Source: a virus (lineage: Duplodnaviria; Caudoviricetes). Taken from it: a stretch of DNA of 36,753 bases. Positions 33,826 through 36,753 of this stretch are shown one piece after another (the stretch's first letter is position 1; each line of letters begins with the position of its first letter). The DNA is taken from positions 1 to 36,753 of IMG/VR virus record IMGVR_UViG_3300040985_000275; one strand, written 5' to 3'. The position numbers and the translations under genes were made by a program. A model generated the notes under the pieces. The model was not told where the DNA came from and made no database searches. It saw only the letters and a program-made list of their open reading frames with translations.

Positions 33826-36753
33826 TTAGTAATCTATTTTATCTCCATTAACATATATAGGGTAAAATCCTACATCTATCCATTGTATAAGCTGAACCTT
33901 AGTTGTTTGATTTTTAGCAGGATTATATCCGTCTATTTTATTAATTCTCCACCAAGTCTCATCTAGGTAAACTAACTTTCTCATATCTAAAGATAGAATA
34001 TCTAACATTTTTAAATTTATATATACAGTTCTTATTCTAGGAGCTTCTTTTAACTGCTCTATCATATTTTTGTAATACACAGTATATAGTCCCGGAACTG
34101 TATTTACATTAAATTGTCCTGGAGCCGTAAAACTTTCATCATTAAAAGATAGTGAAGGTCTCATAGTCATATTATGAACTCTTTCTTCCCAATCTACAAA
34201 TGTAGCCCTAGGATAAACTGTTTGGTTTTGAAACGGACTTCCATTACTGAACACTCTTGACCAATATGTTTGAGTCCCACCTGCATTAGCAACCAAATTA
34301 TTTGGTATAGTTGTATAGCTTACAGGATTTTCCCAACAATAGTAAAATATTCTAGGAGTATATCCATCAATTAATTGTGATGGTCGGTATTGATTATTTC
34401 CTAATCCTATTCCATTATAACAATCTTCTGACCAAGCGCTAGGTATTAATATAGGAGCTTTAGAAGCTGTGCTGTCGTCGTGAGCGTCATTATCCCAAAC
34501 CTGAGTAGATGAAGCAAATAAAGGGTTTATCATTTCTAGCGTACCTGATTCAAAATCATCTCCTAATGTTTCATTGTAATCATAAAGCCTAGTTGTTTCT
34601 CCATATATATTGCTTTTATAATTCAAATTTTCCATATATTTATCCCCACCATCTTTTTTATATCCTATTCTAAGCTCGCTTTTAAGCCCTATATCATAGT
34701 CATCTTGAATATCTTGAGAGAAATCTACTTTTGTAGTCCAATCCAAGCCTTCTCCTTTTGACTTATAAAAATCATTAAAAGGCTCAATATATACTGTTTT
34801 TGAAGATACATCTGTTGTAAAATACAAATTAAATAAATGAGAAATACTTTTTATGAAATCTACCTGACTAGTTCCACAAGGCAATATATTGTTTTTAACA
34901 ACATCTCCACCTATATTAGGTGTTGAATCATTATATGTTATAGTCATTCTTGGCTGTCTATTACCTATATTAGCACTAGTAGCGTCAAAACCAAAAGAAG
35001 TTGTTACACTTGGCTCACAAGAGCCAATTCCTGAGTGAGAGCCAATATGCCTTCCTTGAAGCTCAATAGTGTCGCCAACCTGTAGCGAAACACTAAATGA
35101 AGGAACTGTAAGATATTGTTTAGCGGCGTCCCAACAAGATGCATATACAGGAAAGTTAATATCTAACGGGTCGTAAGTAGACTGTCCCCAACCTGAAGAT
35201 GTTGTGTTGCCATAAATAGGAGTTCCACCTGCTGTTACCTTAACTCTTGATGCCCAAGTCCATTGGTCGTCAGGAACGACAGAAGTATACTCCCATATAC
35301 AATCTCCACTTACATATCCACCGCAATAGTCATCACTAGTATTATATATTTCAAATCCCATTTCAGCAGTAACATCATAATTACCTGCTCTTTGGCAAGT
35401 CCATACTCCATTATTATTATTATAAGATTGAGAAGGGTCATCTACATTATGATTTAATATACAAGTAAACCAACCATTATTAGCTCCTGCACTTGTAATA
35501 CTATTTAGTGGCGCGTGATTGTTTGTATATTGGTAATCTCCTGTTTGTCTTTGCTGAGTGCAAGTGAAATGAACTCTGTCGTCTTTAGCGTCATTTTTTA
35601 AAAAAGGAAAGGTAGTTATAAGTCTTTTAAAGTTATCAGTTTCAATAAAAGTAGAATCAACTTTATACCCTATATTTTTAAATATTTTTTGAATTACATT
35701 GTAAACATAAAAGGCGGCTTGAAAGTCAGGCGGAGAGTTGATATCAAAAGTGTTTATATAATTTTGCAGCCCACCAACATTAAAATCTCTCCAAGATATT
35801 AAAGGGTACTGAATGTCTGTACTAGATTGATTTTGAGTCCAAGTGCTTTCTATACTTGCGTAGTCATAAGGAAAAGAATCGGCTTCATCAAAAGTTTCAC
35901 AAAGACCCTTATCTTTTAATAAAGACATCCAACTGAAATTACCTCCATATACAGTACAGCTATATGACTTTGCTTTTCCTGCGTGTGTTGATTTTTTTAC
36001 TTGAATACTTCCTTCAAAGAATGGGATACCATCTACACTTATTCTGCAGTCTTTTATACCATATGTTTTTTTATCTTTTTGGTCTACATTGGCCTTCCAT
36101 ATATTATTTAAAACTTTATTGTTGTTTGCAGTTGCAGGCAAGTCAAAACTTTTAGAGTAATCTCCAAATCTATTTTCTAAATTTTTTCCATCTGATATTG
36201 TGTATGATATATCTAAAGGAAAATCTTCACTTTCTGAGACCTCTAAAGTACCAACAACACTTTTGTCATAATTAATTGTCTGAGAAGTAACGGGAGTAGT
36301 ATAACTTGTATATCTTACATCTAGACTGTCCATTATAATAGTATTACCACTTGTATTTATAACTTGCATTTCAAACAGTCTGTCATCAGCATTAAAAGCT
36401 CCTGTAGAGGCTCCTAGTTGTGTAAGCTGACTCCAAGTATTCATTCCTGTACTTAAAGGGTGTGTAGGAGATAAAAGAGGATTGTTACTAGCAATTATTA
36501 CAGGTTGAAATAAATTGTTTAAACCTACCGCTCCTGTTAGATTTCCACCCTGCATAGCACTTTGACCAATCATTATAGCATCTCCATTTATAGAAGTATC
36601 TATTGTATCTATATTCACTCTTACCTGTGCTACCCCTGCAGGATTTCCTGTATTAGCATCATTAATATCAACCATAGTATACACCCCACTCCAATTTCCA
36701 ATTTGTGATGATGGTGTTTCTTGTATACTAACATAGTCAATAGTTATTGAAGA
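33826..36753 (-). CDS. C-terminal part of the large tail protein that starts at 1100
   Basis: YSKSFDLPATANNNK, DFIKSISHLFNLY, LDWTTKVD, WRINKIDGYNP...TKVQLI patterns typical of Bacteroidota phage tail proteins. Confidence 0.85.
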   Translation of the reverse strand, partial: SSITIDYVSIQETPSSQIGNWSGVYTMVDINDANTGNPAGVAQVRVNIDTIDTSINGDAIMIGQSAMQGGNLTGAVGLNNLFQPVIIASNNPLLSPTHPLSTGMNTWSQLTQLGASTGAFNADDRLFEMQVINTSGNTIIMDSLDVRYTSYTTPVTSQTINYDKSVVGTLEVSESEDFPLDISYTISDGKNLENRFGDYSKSFDLPATANNNKVLNNIWKANVDQKDKKTYGIKDCRISVDGIPFFEGSIQVKKSTHAGKAKSYSCTVYGGNFSWMSLLKDKGLCETFDEADSFPYDYASIESTWTQNQSSTDIQYPLISWRDFNVGGLQNYINTFDINSPPDFQAAFYVYNVIQKIFKNIGYKVDSTFIETDNFKRLITTFPFLKNDAKDDRVHFTCTQQRQTGDYQYTNNHAPLNSITSAGANNGWFTCILNHNVDDPSQSYNNNNGVWTCQRAGNYDVTAEMGFEIYNTSDDYCGGYVSGDCIWEYTSVVPDDQWTWASRVKVTAGGTPIYGNTTSSGWGQSTYDPLDINFPVYASCWDAAKQYLTVPSFSVSLQVGDTIELQGRHIGSHSGIGSCEPSVTTSFGFDATSANIGNRQPRMTITYNDSTPNIGGDVVKNNILPCGTSQVDFIKSISHLFNLYFTTDVSSKTVYIEPFNDFYKSKGEGLDWTTKVDFSQDIQDDYDIGLKSELRIGYKKDGGDKYMENLNYKSNIYGETTRLYDYNETLGDDFESGTLEMINPLFASSTQVWDNDAHDDSTASKAPILIPSAWSEDCYNGIGLGNNQYRPSQLIDGYTPRIFYYCWENPVSYTTIPNNLVANAGGTQTYWSRVFSNGSPFQNQTVYPRATFVDWEERVHNMTMRPSLSFNDESFTAPGQFNVNTVPGLYTVYYKNMIEQLKEAPRIRTVYINLKMLDILSLDMRKLVYLDETWWRINKIDGYNPAKNQTTKVQLIQWIDVGFYPIYVNGDKIDY
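36677..36753. repeat. 77-bp terminal direct repeat, right copy
   Basis: Identical to 4-80. Confidence 0.95.

Noticed and set aside
159-36155. Plus-strand ORFs in the supplied track (e.g. 27687..28334, 32011..32685, 30643..31041, 9815..10189)
   Set aside because: Antisense shadows of well-supported minus-strand genes, with no recognisable motifs
1-36753. Genome-wide TGA=Trp recoding (code 4)
   Set aside because: Long genes are intact under code 11 and use TGG for Trp; only two candidate in-frame TGAs were found
36677-36753. Biological terminal repeat or attachment site
   Set aside because: The 77-nt length equals a common assembler k-mer and it lies inside an in-frame gene

Overview
The window appears to be a complete, circularly closed, AT-rich (roughly 30-32% GC by eye) siphovirus-type phage genome. 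Bases 4-80 equal 36677-36753, and a ~1315-aa tail gene runs in frame across that junction. Promoters matching TTTG-N19/20-TAnnTTTG point to a Bacteroidota (probably flavobacterial) host. Nearly all genes are on the minus strand. The late modules encode terminase, portal, Clp-type protease, capsid, tail and lysis proteins. The early module (~9.7-20.1 kb) encodes a replication initiator, SSAP, SSB, VRR-NUC nuclease, HTH proteins and an M28-like peptidase. I recognised no DNA polymerase, helicase or integrase. The most interesting signals are non-coding or unannotated: (1) an ~80-nt promoter/hairpin/seed/terminator sRNA (21542-21622) whose seed is antisense to the translation-initiation regions of the first gene of each strong early operon; (2) a late-promoter box, one copy of which drives a 22-aa peptide, the only credible plus-strand gene; (3) two in-frame TGA-ATA codons at Trp-like positions; (4) a strand-polarised GCAGTTTCA motif; (5) duplicated iteron-like elements bracketing the early module; (6) a -1 frameshift tail chaperone. 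All functional calls come from motif recognition by eye, without database searches.
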